Part shown: positions 27,201 to 35,764 of the stretch, piece by piece
Layout: each line of letters starts with the position of its first letter
Position numbering within the stretch: the stretch's first letter is position 1
DNA from: an uncultured Candidatus Saccharibacteria bacterium
GTDB taxonomy: Bacteria; Patescibacteriota; Saccharimonadia; Saccharimonadales; JAUPVS01
Length of the DNA stretch: 64,000 nucleotides
Direction: 5' to 3'
Assembly: GCA_964410185.1 (NCBI GenBank)
Contig: CAYPFM010000002.1
Span: 6,047-70,046 of the forward strand
The notes under the pieces: generated by a model
Database searches by the model: none
What the model saw: the letters and a program-made list of their open reading frames with translations, nothing else
What the model was told of the DNA's origin: nothing
Program-made: the position numbers and the translations under genes

Positions 27201-30200
27201 GGAACACCTTGCCGGTGGCACTCTTCCAGCTGAATGCGGTTGCAACCAACGGCTATATATATGCAGTCGGCGGCACCACGGGTGGTGGTTCGACAGTAGC
27301 CACTGTTTACTACAGCAAGGTGAATAGTGATGGATCGATTGGTGCCTGGACAGCCACGACCAGCTTGCCAGCAGTTAGAAGTAGCGTGTCAATTGCGACG
27401 GCTAACGGTTATGTATACGTGGTTGGTGGTACTAACGGAACGAGCCCACAAAACACCGTTTATTACGCCCAAACCCAAAGCGACGGTACACTAGGTGCCT
27501 GGACCACTTCGGGCAATACGTTGCCGGCTATACGATCATCCACCGGTTACGGTGTCGCCAACGGCTTTATGTATGTGATTGGTGGTACCAATGGTACGAC
27601 GGCTCAGAATACGGTTTACTATGCGGCGCTCAACAGCGATGGAACGGTTGGTGCCTGGACAACCTCTGGCAGTACGCTACCTGGTATTCGCAGTGGTACC
27701 ACGGCGGTAATCGCCAATAACAATGTCTTTGTATTCGGTGGCTTAAATGCTGGAGTGCCACAAGCCAGCATCTATACCACTACCTTGAATGCCAACGGTA
27801 CGGTTAACGCCTGGACGACAGCCACGGCGACGGTACCACTATCGATGTACCAAACTACCGCTGTTGCCGCCAACGGCTACGCCTATCTGTTTGGTGGCTA
27901 TGATGGTACGACGCTGTACGGCCGCATGTACTATGCCCGTTTGCCTGGGTTGAGCACCGGTGCGGTGGTTAACAGCACCTCAACTAGCATCTATGGTAGT
28001 TTACAGATTCAAAACGCCGATGGCACCAGCTTGCTGTTCGCTAACAATATCGCCAACACTATTACGGTTGGCGCGCCTTCGGAAAATCCAACCCTGTTTG
28101 TGCTGGGAACCAAGACATCGGCCGGCGACCCAGCTGGCACTAATGGTGCCATGTACTACAACACCAACACCAACAAGTTCCGCTGCTACGAAAACAATGC
28201 CTGGATTAACTGTTCGGCAGCCGGCGGGGCGGGAACTGGTGATATTACACACACTGGGAACGCCTTTGGTTCGGCCATCACAATCGGGTCAATAGACAAC
28301 CAAACATTAAGTCTTATTACCAACAACGTAGCCCGGGCCACCTTTGATACCTCCGGCAATCTATACCTCGGTAATGGCGTCACAGCTGCTTCACCAAGCA
28401 ACTTCTCGATTCTTGGGACTGGTAGTAGCACGGCTGGGACGACCGGTGGCGCAATTACGATTCGAGCCGGTGCCGGTGCTTCAACAGGTGTTGGTAGTAA
28501 CGGTGGTATCTTCAACTTCTACGGTGGTGACGCCGGCGGTAGTGGTAATAATAACGGTGGCGGCTTTACGCTGAATGGTGGGCAGGGAATTAACGCCGGT
28601 AACGGTGGTGGCGTGTCTATTCAGGGTGGTGGTGCCGACACTGGCTTGGGTGGAAATGTCACAATTGACGGTGGTACATCGCTAAATTCCACTAACGGTA
28701 CAGTCTCGATTGGCACTAATGCTACTTCTGCTTTGAGTTTAGGTAAGAATGGCATAAACACCACCCTAAATGGTAGTTCAGTCGTTATTGGTAACCTGAT
28801 TGGCTCAACATCGGTGACCCTGCAGGCTGGCACCGGTAATGTCCAAATTGGTAATGCTACGGCTGACGGCACTGGTACGCTGCTAGTTTTGGATACTAAA
28901 AACACGGCTGGTGATCCAACCGGAGCAGCTGGTGGCATGTACTACAATAGTTCCATTGGTAAGTTCCGCTGTTACGAAAATGGCGCCTGGGCTAACTGTA
29001 TCGGCGCGGCTGGGGCAGGCAGTGGCGACATTGTTCATACTGGTAACAACTTTGGCGCGCCAATCATTATCGGTAGCTTAGATGCCCAAACATTAAGTTT
29101 GTACACCAACAACGTGGCCCGAGCCACCTTTGATACTTCGGGTAATATCTATCTTGGAAACGGTGTTACTAACGCGGCGCCAGCTGCTTCTGCCATTATT
29201 GGAACCGGTAGCTCGGCAGCCACCGTAGCCGGTTCGGCCATCAGTATCACTGGTGGTGCAGGGAACACGAGCGGTGCTGGTGGGGCTGTGACGATTACAG
29301 GAGGTACGCCGGGTACCACCGGTAATGGCGGCGCTCTGACGCTCAAATCTGGTGCTGGTGGCGCAACATCTGGAACCAGCGGTGCGGTGGTCTTGCAAAG
29401 TGGAAACGTTTCGCTTGGAGCCTCTGGTTCGGTAACTGTCGATAATGGTTCATCGGCCAGCGGTTCACCGGTCTTTAGCCTGGGTGGCACTAATGCCCGA
29501 ACCATTAGCTTGGGTAACACTACCGCTGCCACTACAACTTCAATTCAGGGCGGTACTGGTGCATCAGCAATCGGTATCCAGGCCGGTGCCGGCGGTATCA
29601 TTAGTATCGGCACCACGGCTAATAACTCTATCGCCATTGGCAGCACGGCTACCACGATTGCCGGTACCATCGCCATCGGTAGCAGCGCCCAAACCGGTAC
29701 TATCACGCTTGGTCAGTCCACTTCGGCCAGCGGTCAAACACTGAACATCCAAAATGGTGCCACTACTGGCACCACAGCGGTTAATATTCTATCTGGTGCC
29801 GGCTCGGCCGGTACCGCTAGCCTGCTCATGGGTAACAACGCCCGGGTTACCCAAATTGACCTTGGTAACGTTGCTGCAGCAGCAGCTCGTACCATTAACA
29901 TTGGTACTGGCTCTAACACAGTTGGAATTGATACCATTAACATTGGTACTGGTGCCACCAGTGTGTTAACTGGTAAGACCATTAACATCGGTACCGGTAC
30001 CCCAACTGGTTCGGGTACTAACAGCATCACCATGGGGACCTTAACCGGCGCCAGTACGACCTCCATCCAGGGTGGAACTGGTTTGGGTGCGATACAGATC
30101 CAGTCCAATGGTGGCTTAATCTCAATTGGCACCAGCTCTACCAGCCCGGTCTTTATTGGGGGTACTGCTGGTAACAATCAAGTAAAGATTACCGGTGGGA

Positions 30201-33200
30201 CCAGTGGCGTCACCATTGGTGACGGCGGCGTCGCTAACACCTTGCAGTTTGGTAACACTACTGGAGCAGTTACCCAAACAATTAACGTTGGTACTAATGC
30301 GACGGCGAGTTCACAGACCAACGTAACAATCGGTTCGGTAATTGGTGCTAGCACAACAACCTTGCAATCCGGTACAGCCGGAGTGACTGTTAGTACCGGC
30401 GCTGCGAACTCGACTACCGCTTTGCAAGTTAAGCGGGCCGACACAACGACAGCCTTGGTGGTTGATACGTCTAGCAACAAAGTAAACATTGGTACCGGTA
30501 GCGTTCCTGGTATTCCAGGTGCATTCACTCTTGGTGCAACCAGTAGTCCGACTGGACAAGGCGGCCACGCTATGGCCAGCGCCAACATGGCCGGTGGCAA
30601 ATTTGTATACTTATTACCTGGCAATAGCAACACCGTCTACTATGCCGTCCAAAATGCTGATGGCAGCTTGGGGGCCTGGACGGCCGGTCCAACACTTCCA
30701 GCTACTTTGTTTGGTACTATGATGACGATCGATGCTACGAATAACTACATTTACGTTATCGGTGGTTATACGAGCAGCGTTAGTGGTACAGCCGCCGCTA
30801 ACAAGGTCTACTATAGTGCTCTGAACACCTCGACTGGTGCACCGGGCGCTTGGTCAACCAGTGCCAATAACCTGAGCACGGCCGTTGGTCTGGGTGCAGC
30901 ATTTGTAAGTAATGGCAAATTGACCGTTCTTGGTGGCGCTACTCAAGTTGGCGGCTATGGTTGCTCCTTCCAGACCTGCTTATTACCTCTTAGTGGAACC
31001 GAAATTGCTAACACCCAAACGAGTACGCTCACAGCTGGCGCGCCCGGCGCCTTTGCCGGTAGCACCGCCTTGCCACAGGCTTTGGCTAACTTTGGCTTTA
31101 CTACCAATGGATTCACCACTTATGTTTTTGGTGGGCTCGACTCGACCAACACTAGCGCCACGGTTTTCTATACCAACTTTTTATCGGGCGGTGCACTTGG
31201 CAGCTGGACAACGCAACCTATTGGCGAGAACAACGGTGGATTTGGTCAGACTGCTGCGTATAGCTCAACAACTGGATATATATATGACCTCGGTGGAGCA
31301 AAATATTATAATGGCTCAAGCTGGCTATCCTTGCCATCCACACTGCTTCCATTTGGAGCAGCTGATATACCAACGATAGTTGGCTCTTACATGTATCAGA
31401 TGATTGGAACTAGCTCTGGTCTGGGCACCAGCTACAACTATACTCTTATACCACCTGCCACTGGTACAAGCCTGAATGTTAGTGGTAATCAAAATAACTA
31501 CGGCTTTTTTGTCCAACAATCATCCTTGAATGCAACGGCCGCCTTCCAAGTTCAAAATGCAGGCGGTACCGGAATCCTAACAGTCGATACAACCAATGGC
31601 GCGGTAAAGATTAACTCTACAGGTACCGTTGGTACGGTTGAGAAGTTCCGGGTCAACACCCCAACCACCGTTGATAACTTGGCGAATACTATCCTTTCGG
31701 CCAACGCTGCTACTTCAAAGGCTTTGGTGGTTCAGGGTGCTGCCAGCCAGACTGCTAACCTCCTTGAGTTGCAGACCTCAACTGGTAGTAAAGTCGCCAG
31801 CTTTAACAGCAACGGTGTCCTCGACCTGAGTGCCGCCAGTGGTGCCGCTCCAGCCGGCACGGGCATTACCTTGGGCGATAAGATTTCGCTCGGTAGCGCC
31901 GGTTCGTACACCAACTCATATGGTCTTGGCCTCCAAAACAACGCCTTGGTTCTGTACGCGGGCAACAGTGCTTCGGCCACCATCTCGATGCGCGCCGCAG
32001 CCAACGGTGGCCAGTACTCTAACGGCGGCGACAGCTTCACCTTCAACCCAACCACTGGTGCCCAAGTTAATAACATTCAATCGGCCAGCGCCGTTGGCTT
32101 AACGGTTAAAGGCGCTGTTAGTCAGACCGCTAGCTTGCAAGAGTGGCAGGACTCCACTGGCGTGGCCTTAGCTGGGGTTAGTGCCGCCGGTACGCTAACC
32201 TTTAATAACCTCGGGGCCACCACCTCAGCAGTCGACATTACGACGGGTGGGGTAGGGACTGCTTCAATCCTACTTGGAGCAAATGCTGGCTATATTCAAA
32301 AATGGCTTGGTAGTGGCAATGACAACGTCTTGGTAACGGTTGCTCCAAATGCTACAGTCGGGACGCCAACCCAAAGTGGTGGTTTGATCTTGCTCGGCAC
32401 CAGCTACTGGAACGGCTCGGCGGCAGTTAGTGAAAATTTGCAATTACAGTCACAGCGTAATAGTACCAATGCTGGTGATTACTTCCTGCAAGTGAGAGGC
32501 GGTATTAAAATCGATAACCAATACAGTGGTGCAGTTGCTACCGTTGTCCGTGGCGCCAGTGGTCAGGTTGCGCACCTACAAGACTGGCAAGATTACGCAG
32601 GCATTGTCCTGGCTTCCATCGATGCTAGCGGCAACATGACGCTGAACGGCTCGCTGAATATTGCCACAGGCACACTCAAGGTCGCCGGTGTTGATCGCAT
32701 CGATAACAGCGGTAACCTGGTTAATGTGACCTTTAACGGTAATACCATCGGGGTTGGTTACGGTGGTACTGGTAGTACTACCTTCACGGCCAATGGCCTA
32801 TTGTTTGGCAATGGATCTGGCGCCATTCAGGCGACCGCCGCCGGTAACAGTGGCCAGTGTTTAATTGCCACCACTGGTAGCGCGCCAACCTGGGGTTCAT
32901 GCGCACCAGCCTCCGCCGGCAACGTTAACCAGGGCGGCAATAACTTTGGGGCGGCCGTAACACTGGGTGCAACCGACAACTTTGGTATTAATCTGTTGGC
33001 CAACAACACGGCTGTGGCTCGCTTCTCGGCTAGTGGTCAGGCAGTCTTCCAAAACGGTGCCGACTCGGTAACTGCTCTGCAGGTCCAGAACGCTGGCGGC
33101 ACTAGCCTATTCACCATCGACAGCACTAACTCGCGCGTCTACGTTGGTAACCCAACCGCTGATGGCACCGGTACGCTGCTGGTTCTGGATACCAAGAACA

Positions 33201-33754
33201 CCGGTGGTGATCCAACCGGCGTCAACGGTGGCATGTACTACAACAGCAATCTCGGTAAGTTCCGCTGTTACGAAAATGGTAACTGGAAAGACTGTATCTA
33301 CAATGTCCGAACTGCTTCCAAGACGGCCGACCAAACCTTTAGCGCCACCAGCTACGCCGACGTCAGTGATCTGTCATTCAGCGTTCTAGCCAACAAGGTT
33401 TACAAGCTCAACTGTACGCTGCTGGTCTCGGTTCCAAGTGGTACCAACGGTGGTAACTTGTCCACCAACGGCCCAGCCAGCCCAAGCCAACTGACTGCCA
33501 CCTTTGCCAAGTCGCTCGACCAGTCCAGCGGTGACAACTACGCCACCAGCAGTAGCTACGACGACGCCAGTGCCGCCACCACCTTTAAGGTCAACACCGT
33601 TTCGACCGGTTCCAACCGCTTCATTGTCAGCTACAACGCCATCTTGGTGAACGGCGTCAACAACGGCACCTGGAGCTTGCGCTCTAAGGCCTTCGATGGC
33701 AGCAGCTCGATTACCATGTATGCCAATAGTTCATGTGACCTAAGGCCGTTATAA
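21215..33754 (+). CDS. Giant (4179 aa) membrane-anchored surface protein. Contains tail-fibre-like repeats, 2x FG-GAP/VCBS propellers, 2x Kelch-like propellers, Gly-rich beta-helix-like tracts and a C-terminal tip domain.
   Basis: A single uninterrupted ORF. N-terminal TM is SLASGILLGLIAILVIGTLIF. 123-aa repeats end LPNADGTVCLSSGNC. There are 14 DFNGDGKPD..NNGNGTFA blades. Six NGYVYAIGG...DGT.GAWTT blades form the first Kelch-like block. The motif GMYYN...KFRCYEN.W..C occurs three times. Confidence 0.85.
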   Translation: MEESAPQNLPPKDDIMTPLDSLEGTTQMNVTPTVGTSLDGGSVAAPAPNRDPVQISDGGETDVTEAALPANRFAEFWHNKLIRRVSLASGILLGLIAILVIGTLIFQKTHKVSLSQAERVAQIKDQSVNLKDTTATAGPASLRVGVSTFFVNGDASVQGVLRFSNGSSYGQFDSSQVSGSQTYKLPNSSGTICLDSGNCSFASASALAAVQNAASSAGAAAGAAQATALATQYIGGSGITVSGSVITNSGVLSVNGSVGAINLQGTANQIAITNANGTISLALPQDIGLASTPTFGGLVLNSVGTQNGFNLCDSSNNCSYGINSIVQGGNGFGTDVIVGANDNSGLQLITNNTTRLSITNNGVITLGGANSDRITALAQFSGGTPLVFQGATDDFFTTSLVITNPTSNRNIILPNADGTVCLSSGNCSGAGGYGDVLNGGNNFNSTANLGTNDNFGLNLKTNNVTRFMISNTGATTLLGNVTSSADAILGTNSSNRLTINSQISGATPFVFQGATNDSFTTTFTITDPTANRNITFPNADGTVCLSSGNCTGPVGTGDVLQGGNNFGGTMVLGSNDNFGFNLKTNNTNRLTISNTGAAAFTGDLSVAGNNVFGTNSANRITFNGEVLGGAPLVFQGATDNAFATFLLVADPTATRTITLPNADGTICLSSGNCTTSGGSGDVNNGGNNFNSTMSLGTNDNFGLNLKTNNTTRLSISNGGQVTVQGNFVVNGDTLLGATSAQSVTMQAQNLFAPNDLNIDTYTQYIDTTNNQVGFGTLPLGTARVGILATNGGDGLTVNNGLSAGNIANFQDNGVNVVTIANEGATTFRNATNSVAAFQVQNAAGATIVNTDTTNRTLNVNGGPSTYSFTASGPLLSPKVDYTVGANPLGATYGDFNGDGFQDLAIVNSGSNTVSILMNNGNGTFANKVDYTTGVAPFDVISADFNGDGKPDIAVVNNSGGVGGGRMSVFINNGNGTFAAKVDYVTSDGPYSIVTGDFNSDGKADLAVMASSSNAVSVFMGNGNGTFAAKVDYSAGNSPSSLTTADFNGDGKLDLALASPGTSSVSVLMNNGNGTFGAAVNYPGGGGAQSIHAVDLNGDGFPDLTVANLGANTISVFMNNGNGTFGAKVDYTSAAGPIIISNGDINGDGHQDVVVANVTAGTISVFINNGNGTLSPKVDFTSGGGPRGLAITDFNGDGKTDVVASNNNGGVTASVFLGNGTTTTIKNSLSVTTASAFNTALFIKAAANQSADLLRVADSNGNNAILSLGGTGSLFVKNTTDSTTALQLQNVAGTNVLTADTTNSRVGVNLGTFVTPSNTLTVNGITTADSLAQVAIGTGSVTNKGLVIQGVASQSADLFQTQTSTGAVTASIGATGAALFKNSANSTTAFQVQNAAGSNIMNIDSTNRTLQVNGGPSTYTLTSPGALLAAKVDYTTSGGAGGRGAATGDFNGDTWPDLVYVNKSAGTISVLMNNGNGTFAAPVNYTAGTAANYATVADFNGDGKPDIAVSNNGVATVSVFINNGDGTFAAQATYAIGAGAQGITSADFNGDGKPDIAVNNQTDGTVSVLINNGNGTFATQVTYAATSGPRMITAADFNNDGKPDLAVAVNGGNKLGIFLNNGNGTFAAMASYTSGTGPFGVTAGDYNGDGFNDVAVGNTIGTISVFMNNGNGTFAPKVDYAAATTAPDGMGSADLTGDGKADIIVANAAAGSSVVSVYANNGNGTFAARQDVTAGNQPFSVAIADYNKDGKLDVATGNNSTPGISVYMGTGSSSTVKNSLSVTSAGTTDTSLYIKAVSSQTGDLIRVADSSGNNPILSLSATGSFLLHNSTDSTTAFLLQNVAGGYTAVADTVNNRFGINTGSIVASNTLTVNSATTADSLAQVMIGTNATTNKGLVLQGVASQTANLFEAQDSTGTVVASIGATGTATLAATAASSNLGTLTLNSPGLPDNFSLGASVSVNGYVYAIGGSNGAAKNSVYYGKLNPDGTVSAWTTSGNTLPVALFQLNAVATNGYIYAVGGTTGGGSTVATVYYSKVNSDGSIGAWTATTSLPAVRSSVSIATANGYVYVVGGTNGTSPQNTVYYAQTQSDGTLGAWTTSGNTLPAIRSSTGYGVANGFMYVIGGTNGTTAQNTVYYAALNSDGTVGAWTTSGSTLPGIRSGTTAVIANNNVFVFGGLNAGVPQASIYTTTLNANGTVNAWTTATATVPLSMYQTTAVAANGYAYLFGGYDGTTLYGRMYYARLPGLSTGAVVNSTSTSIYGSLQIQNADGTSLLFANNIANTITVGAPSENPTLFVLGTKTSAGDPAGTNGAMYYNTNTNKFRCYENNAWINCSAAGGAGTGDITHTGNAFGSAITIGSIDNQTLSLITNNVARATFDTSGNLYLGNGVTAASPSNFSILGTGSSTAGTTGGAITIRAGAGASTGVGSNGGIFNFYGGDAGGSGNNNGGGFTLNGGQGINAGNGGGVSIQGGGADTGLGGNVTIDGGTSLNSTNGTVSIGTNATSALSLGKNGINTTLNGSSVVIGNLIGSTSVTLQAGTGNVQIGNATADGTGTLLVLDTKNTAGDPTGAAGGMYYNSSIGKFRCYENGAWANCIGAAGAGSGDIVHTGNNFGAPIIIGSLDAQTLSLYTNNVARATFDTSGNIYLGNGVTNAAPAASAIIGTGSSAATVAGSAISITGGAGNTSGAGGAVTITGGTPGTTGNGGALTLKSGAGGATSGTSGAVVLQSGNVSLGASGSVTVDNGSSASGSPVFSLGGTNARTISLGNTTAATTTSIQGGTGASAIGIQAGAGGIISIGTTANNSIAIGSTATTIAGTIAIGSSAQTGTITLGQSTSASGQTLNIQNGATTGTTAVNILSGAGSAGTASLLMGNNARVTQIDLGNVAAAAARTINIGTGSNTVGIDTINIGTGATSVLTGKTINIGTGTPTGSGTNSITMGTLTGASTTSIQGGTGLGAIQIQSNGGLISIGTSSTSPVFIGGTAGNNQVKITGGTSGVTIGDGGVANTLQFGNTTGAVTQTINVGTNATASSQTNVTIGSVIGASTTTLQSGTAGVTVSTGAANSTTALQVKRADTTTALVVDTSSNKVNIGTGSVPGIPGAFTLGATSSPTGQGGHAMASANMAGGKFVYLLPGNSNTVYYAVQNADGSLGAWTAGPTLPATLFGTMMTIDATNNYIYVIGGYTSSVSGTAAANKVYYSALNTSTGAPGAWSTSANNLSTAVGLGAAFVSNGKLTVLGGATQVGGYGCSFQTCLLPLSGTEIANTQTSTLTAGAPGAFAGSTALPQALANFGFTTNGFTTYVFGGLDSTNTSATVFYTNFLSGGALGSWTTQPIGENNGGFGQTAAYSSTTGYIYDLGGAKYYNGSSWLSLPSTLLPFGAADIPTIVGSYMYQMIGTSSGLGTSYNYTLIPPATGTSLNVSGNQNNYGFFVQQSSLNATAAFQVQNAGGTGILTVDTTNGAVKINSTGTVGTVEKFRVNTPTTVDNLANTILSANAATSKALVVQGAASQTANLLELQTSTGSKVASFNSNGVLDLSAASGAAPAGTGITLGDKISLGSAGSYTNSYGLGLQNNALVLYAGNSASATISMRAAANGGQYSNGGDSFTFNPTTGAQVNNIQSASAVGLTVKGAVSQTASLQEWQDSTGVALAGVSAAGTLTFNNLGATTSAVDITTGGVGTASILLGANAGYIQKWLGSGNDNVLVTVAPNATVGTPTQSGGLILLGTSYWNGSAAVSENLQLQSQRNSTNAGDYFLQVRGGIKIDNQYSGAVATVVRGASGQVAHLQDWQDYAGIVLASIDASGNMTLNGSLNIATGTLKVAGVDRIDNSGNLVNVTFNGNTIGVGYGGTGSTTFTANGLLFGNGSGAIQATAAGNSGQCLIATTGSAPTWGSCAPASAGNVNQGGNNFGAAVTLGATDNFGINLLANNTAVARFSASGQAVFQNGADSVTALQVQNAGGTSLFTIDSTNSRVYVGNPTADGTGTLLVLDTKNTGGDPTGVNGGMYYNSNLGKFRCYENGNWKDCIYNVRTASKTADQTFSATSYADVSDLSFSVLANKVYKLNCTLLVSVPSGTNGGNLSTNGPASPSQLTATFAKSLDQSSGDNYATSSSYDDASAATTFKVNTVSTGSNRFIVSYNAILVNGVNNGTWSLRSKAFDGSSSITMYANSSCDLRPL
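22130..23400 (+). repeat. In-frame 369-bp (123-aa) tandem repeats inside the giant gene (3 full units plus a partial unit)
   Basis: The codons for ADGT(V/I)CLSSGNC recur at 22460, 22829 and 23198, exactly 369 bp apart. Confidence 0.85.
23694..27006 (+). repeat. In-frame 1656-bp (552-aa) tandem duplication inside the giant gene. Each unit is a 7-blade FG-GAP/VCBS propeller plus a linker.
   Basis: Unit starts AFQVQNAAG...NRTL.VNGGPSTY lie at 23694 and 25350. Each unit has seven NNGNGTF-type blades and ends ..KGLV.QGVASQ.A.LF..Q.STG.V.ASIGATG. Confidence 0.8.
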
Positions 33755-33824
33755 GGATGATGTCATGAGAAACAGATTGAAATTAACCATAAGAAGTAAG
33801 ATACTGTAAGGGTCAGGGTTCACC

Positions 33825-35135
33825 ATGGACAAACACAAACAATTCACCGAAACAATCCATCCCGTAGGCACGGTGCTTGAGCCCGCCTCATCTGACAACA
33901 CGCCCGTACTGCACGAAGCGCCGCCACTAGAATCGTCCAGCCAGGCGGGGGACACCGCACCAGTTGAAGCCAACACGAGCGGTACAGGTCGTATCCAAGC
34001 AATCCTCTCGAACCGATACGCCCTGGGTGGCATAGTTGGCTTTGGCTTGCTCTTGCTGGTGGGCGGCAGCATCTTTGTGGGCCAGCATTATATGAAGAAA
34101 GGGCCGCAAGTTGTTACAGACAGCACGAAGCTCGATCAAAAAACATTGCTGATTGACTCCGATAAACACAGCGTTGGTGTTGTCACCACCACAGGGCCGG
34201 ACGGCTTAGAGGTCCAGGCTACTGTTTCGGCCACGCCACAAGACTCGGCCAATATTAGGATGGGGCTCATCAAGGGCACCGATCCGAGTATTTTGTTTGA
34301 AGATAGTCAAAAGAATAGCTGGCAGGTTTTGGCGGCCAGCGGTTCATTCCAAATTATTCAAGGCACCCAAGCACGAGCTAAACTCGATGACAAAGCCCTG
34401 TCGCTGACCAACGCCCTGAACGTTGGCAGTGATGCCACAGTCACCGGAACAACTTCGCTGAACGGCAGCACTAACATCGGTAAAGACGGCAGCTCCTTGC
34501 TGACCATCCAGGGCACCAAAGTGGCGATTCCGAATAATCTCAACTTTGCCAACAACACGTTTGTGATTGAGGGCAGCAAGGGTAACGTGGCGGTTGGCGC
34601 GGCCTCTGCCAGTGGCTACAAACTACTCGTTGCCGGTAGCATTAAGTCCAACTCCAATATCTACGCCGACGGCCAGGTACTGGCCGGAGCGGGAAGTGCC
34701 AAGAACCCGAGTTTTGCCTTTAATAACAATACCAACACCGGTATTTATGAGGTTGCCCTGAATGTGGTGGGCGTATCAGCGGCCGGCTCTCAGGTTCTGC
34801 AGGTTCAGCCCGGTGTGGTCTTCACTGTTAATGGTGCCAACATCGAAGCTGATGGCTACTTGCGCGCTGGTCGAGGTGGTTCAAATCCCTTCTTCCAGAT
34901 CATGCGTTATACTGGGACACTCGATGGCTCGGGTAGTGCGACGGTGGCGACCGGCCTTGGCACTGGCAACACCCGAGTCCTCTCGGTCCAAGCTTTTTAC
35001 AGAGGGAATGGTAACGAGGCACTGCCACTTAATATCGACGCCGTTAACGGTAGTAGCGTGGTAATTTCGGGCGGAATCCCCGGACGACAATACCGTACAG
35101 CAGTTATTTATAGCTCCGACGCCGCCGGCTGGTAG
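33825..35135 (+). CDS. Membrane-anchored tail-fibre-like protein (436 aa)
   Basis: TM is GGIVGFGLLLLVGGSIFVG. The ectodomain shows a fibre-like pattern (SAKNPSFAFNNNTNTGIYE, LLVAGSIKSNSNIYADG) reminiscent of phage tail-fibre repeats. Confidence 0.7.
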   Translation: MDKHKQFTETIHPVGTVLEPASSDNTPVLHEAPPLESSSQAGDTAPVEANTSGTGRIQAILSNRYALGGIVGFGLLLLVGGSIFVGQHYMKKGPQVVTDSTKLDQKTLLIDSDKHSVGVVTTTGPDGLEVQATVSATPQDSANIRMGLIKGTDPSILFEDSQKNSWQVLAASGSFQIIQGTQARAKLDDKALSLTNALNVGSDATVTGTTSLNGSTNIGKDGSSLLTIQGTKVAIPNNLNFANNTFVIEGSKGNVAVGAASASGYKLLVAGSIKSNSNIYADGQVLAGAGSAKNPSFAFNNNTNTGIYEVALNVVGVSAAGSQVLQVQPGVVFTVNGANIEADGYLRAGRGGSNPFFQIMRYTGTLDGSGSATVATGLGTGNTRVLSVQAFYRGNGNEALPLNIDAVNGSSVVISGGIPGRQYRTAVIYSSDAAGW

Positions 35136-35146
35136 TTCAGTCGTAC

Positions 35147-35194
35147 CTTCTTGCAACGGCTTCGGCCTGGCGGCCTGCAGATGCAGATAAGAAG
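35147..35194 (+). repeat. Conserved-core hairpin repeat, copy R3
   Basis: CTTCTT..GCAACGGCTTCGGCCTGGCGGCCTGCAGATGCAG..AAGAAG, starting 12 nt after the stop of the 436-aa gene. Confidence 0.75.
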
Positions 35195-35239
35195 TCATAA
35201 GCCTACAGATTTCTTTAAAAAAGTGGTAGCATAAGGGGA

Positions 35240-35503
35240 ATGAAAGCAGTTATTTTATATCACCCCAATTCTGAGCATGCCCGGATTGTCGAGGAGTACG
35301 TCCACAACTTTTCGCTCGGCAACAGCCACAAGATTGATCTCATGAGTTTGGAGACGCGCGAAGGCGCAGCCGAGGCAACATTGTACGACATTGTAAGTTA
35401 CCCAGCTTTGATGATAATAGACGAGTCTGGCCGTTTACAAAAAGTTTGGCAGGGCTCGACCATGCCGCTCATGAACGAAGTCGCCGGCTATCTTGTCGCT
35501 TAA
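35240..35503 (+). CDS. Small hypothetical protein (87 aa), possibly thioredoxin-fold without CxxC
   Basis: MKAVILYHPNSEHARIVEEY...YPALMIIDESGRLQKVWQG shows a beta-alpha-beta pattern. There are no cysteines. Confidence 0.5.
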   Translation: MKAVILYHPNSEHARIVEEYVHNFSLGNSHKIDLMSLETREGAAEATLYDIVSYPALMIIDESGRLQKVWQGSTMPLMNEVAGYLVA

Positions 35504-35521
35504 GCCGTTCTAAGCTATACT
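35493..35521 (+). promoter_or_regulatory. Promoter of the ileS leader
   Basis: TTGTCG-N17-TATACT overlaps the end of the upstream small CDS. Confidence 0.55.
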
Positions 35522-35527
35522 AACCCC

Positions 35528-35764
35528 TGTAGCAATACACCCACAATTTGGTAAATCCCTTGGAGCGGCCATCAACCGCAATCTCTTATACAGAGAAGGG
35601 AGTGGAAAGAACGGCAAGCCTGCCAACTAGACTCCACCGGCAAATGCCCGTCACAGCAATAATTAAGCGCTAAAAGAATCATTTCTTTTGGAAATCAGAT
35701 GGAACCATCCGCACGCATACAGCAACGCGGATTCTGATAACCGGAAAGAAATGATTTTTTCTTT
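35528..35764 (+). promoter_or_regulatory. T-box-like leader RNA upstream of ileS
   Basis: The hairpin GCGG-CCAUCAA-CCGC (35565-35579) displays AUC (Ile codon) followed by A. The antiterminator-like element is AUCAGA-[UGGAACC bulge]-AUCCGC...GCGGAU-UCUGAU (35694-35738). An outer 12-bp helix pairs 35677-88 with 35745-56, and a U-run follows at 35757-64. Confidence 0.55.

Noticed and set aside
21215-33754. A diversity-generating retroelement (TR/VR pair) targeting the giant protein, as is common in CPR genomes.
   Set aside because: No reverse transcriptase or accessory gene is in the window. The repeats seen are in-frame tandem modules. They are not a non-coding template repeat with adenine-specific mismatches to a C-terminal variable region.
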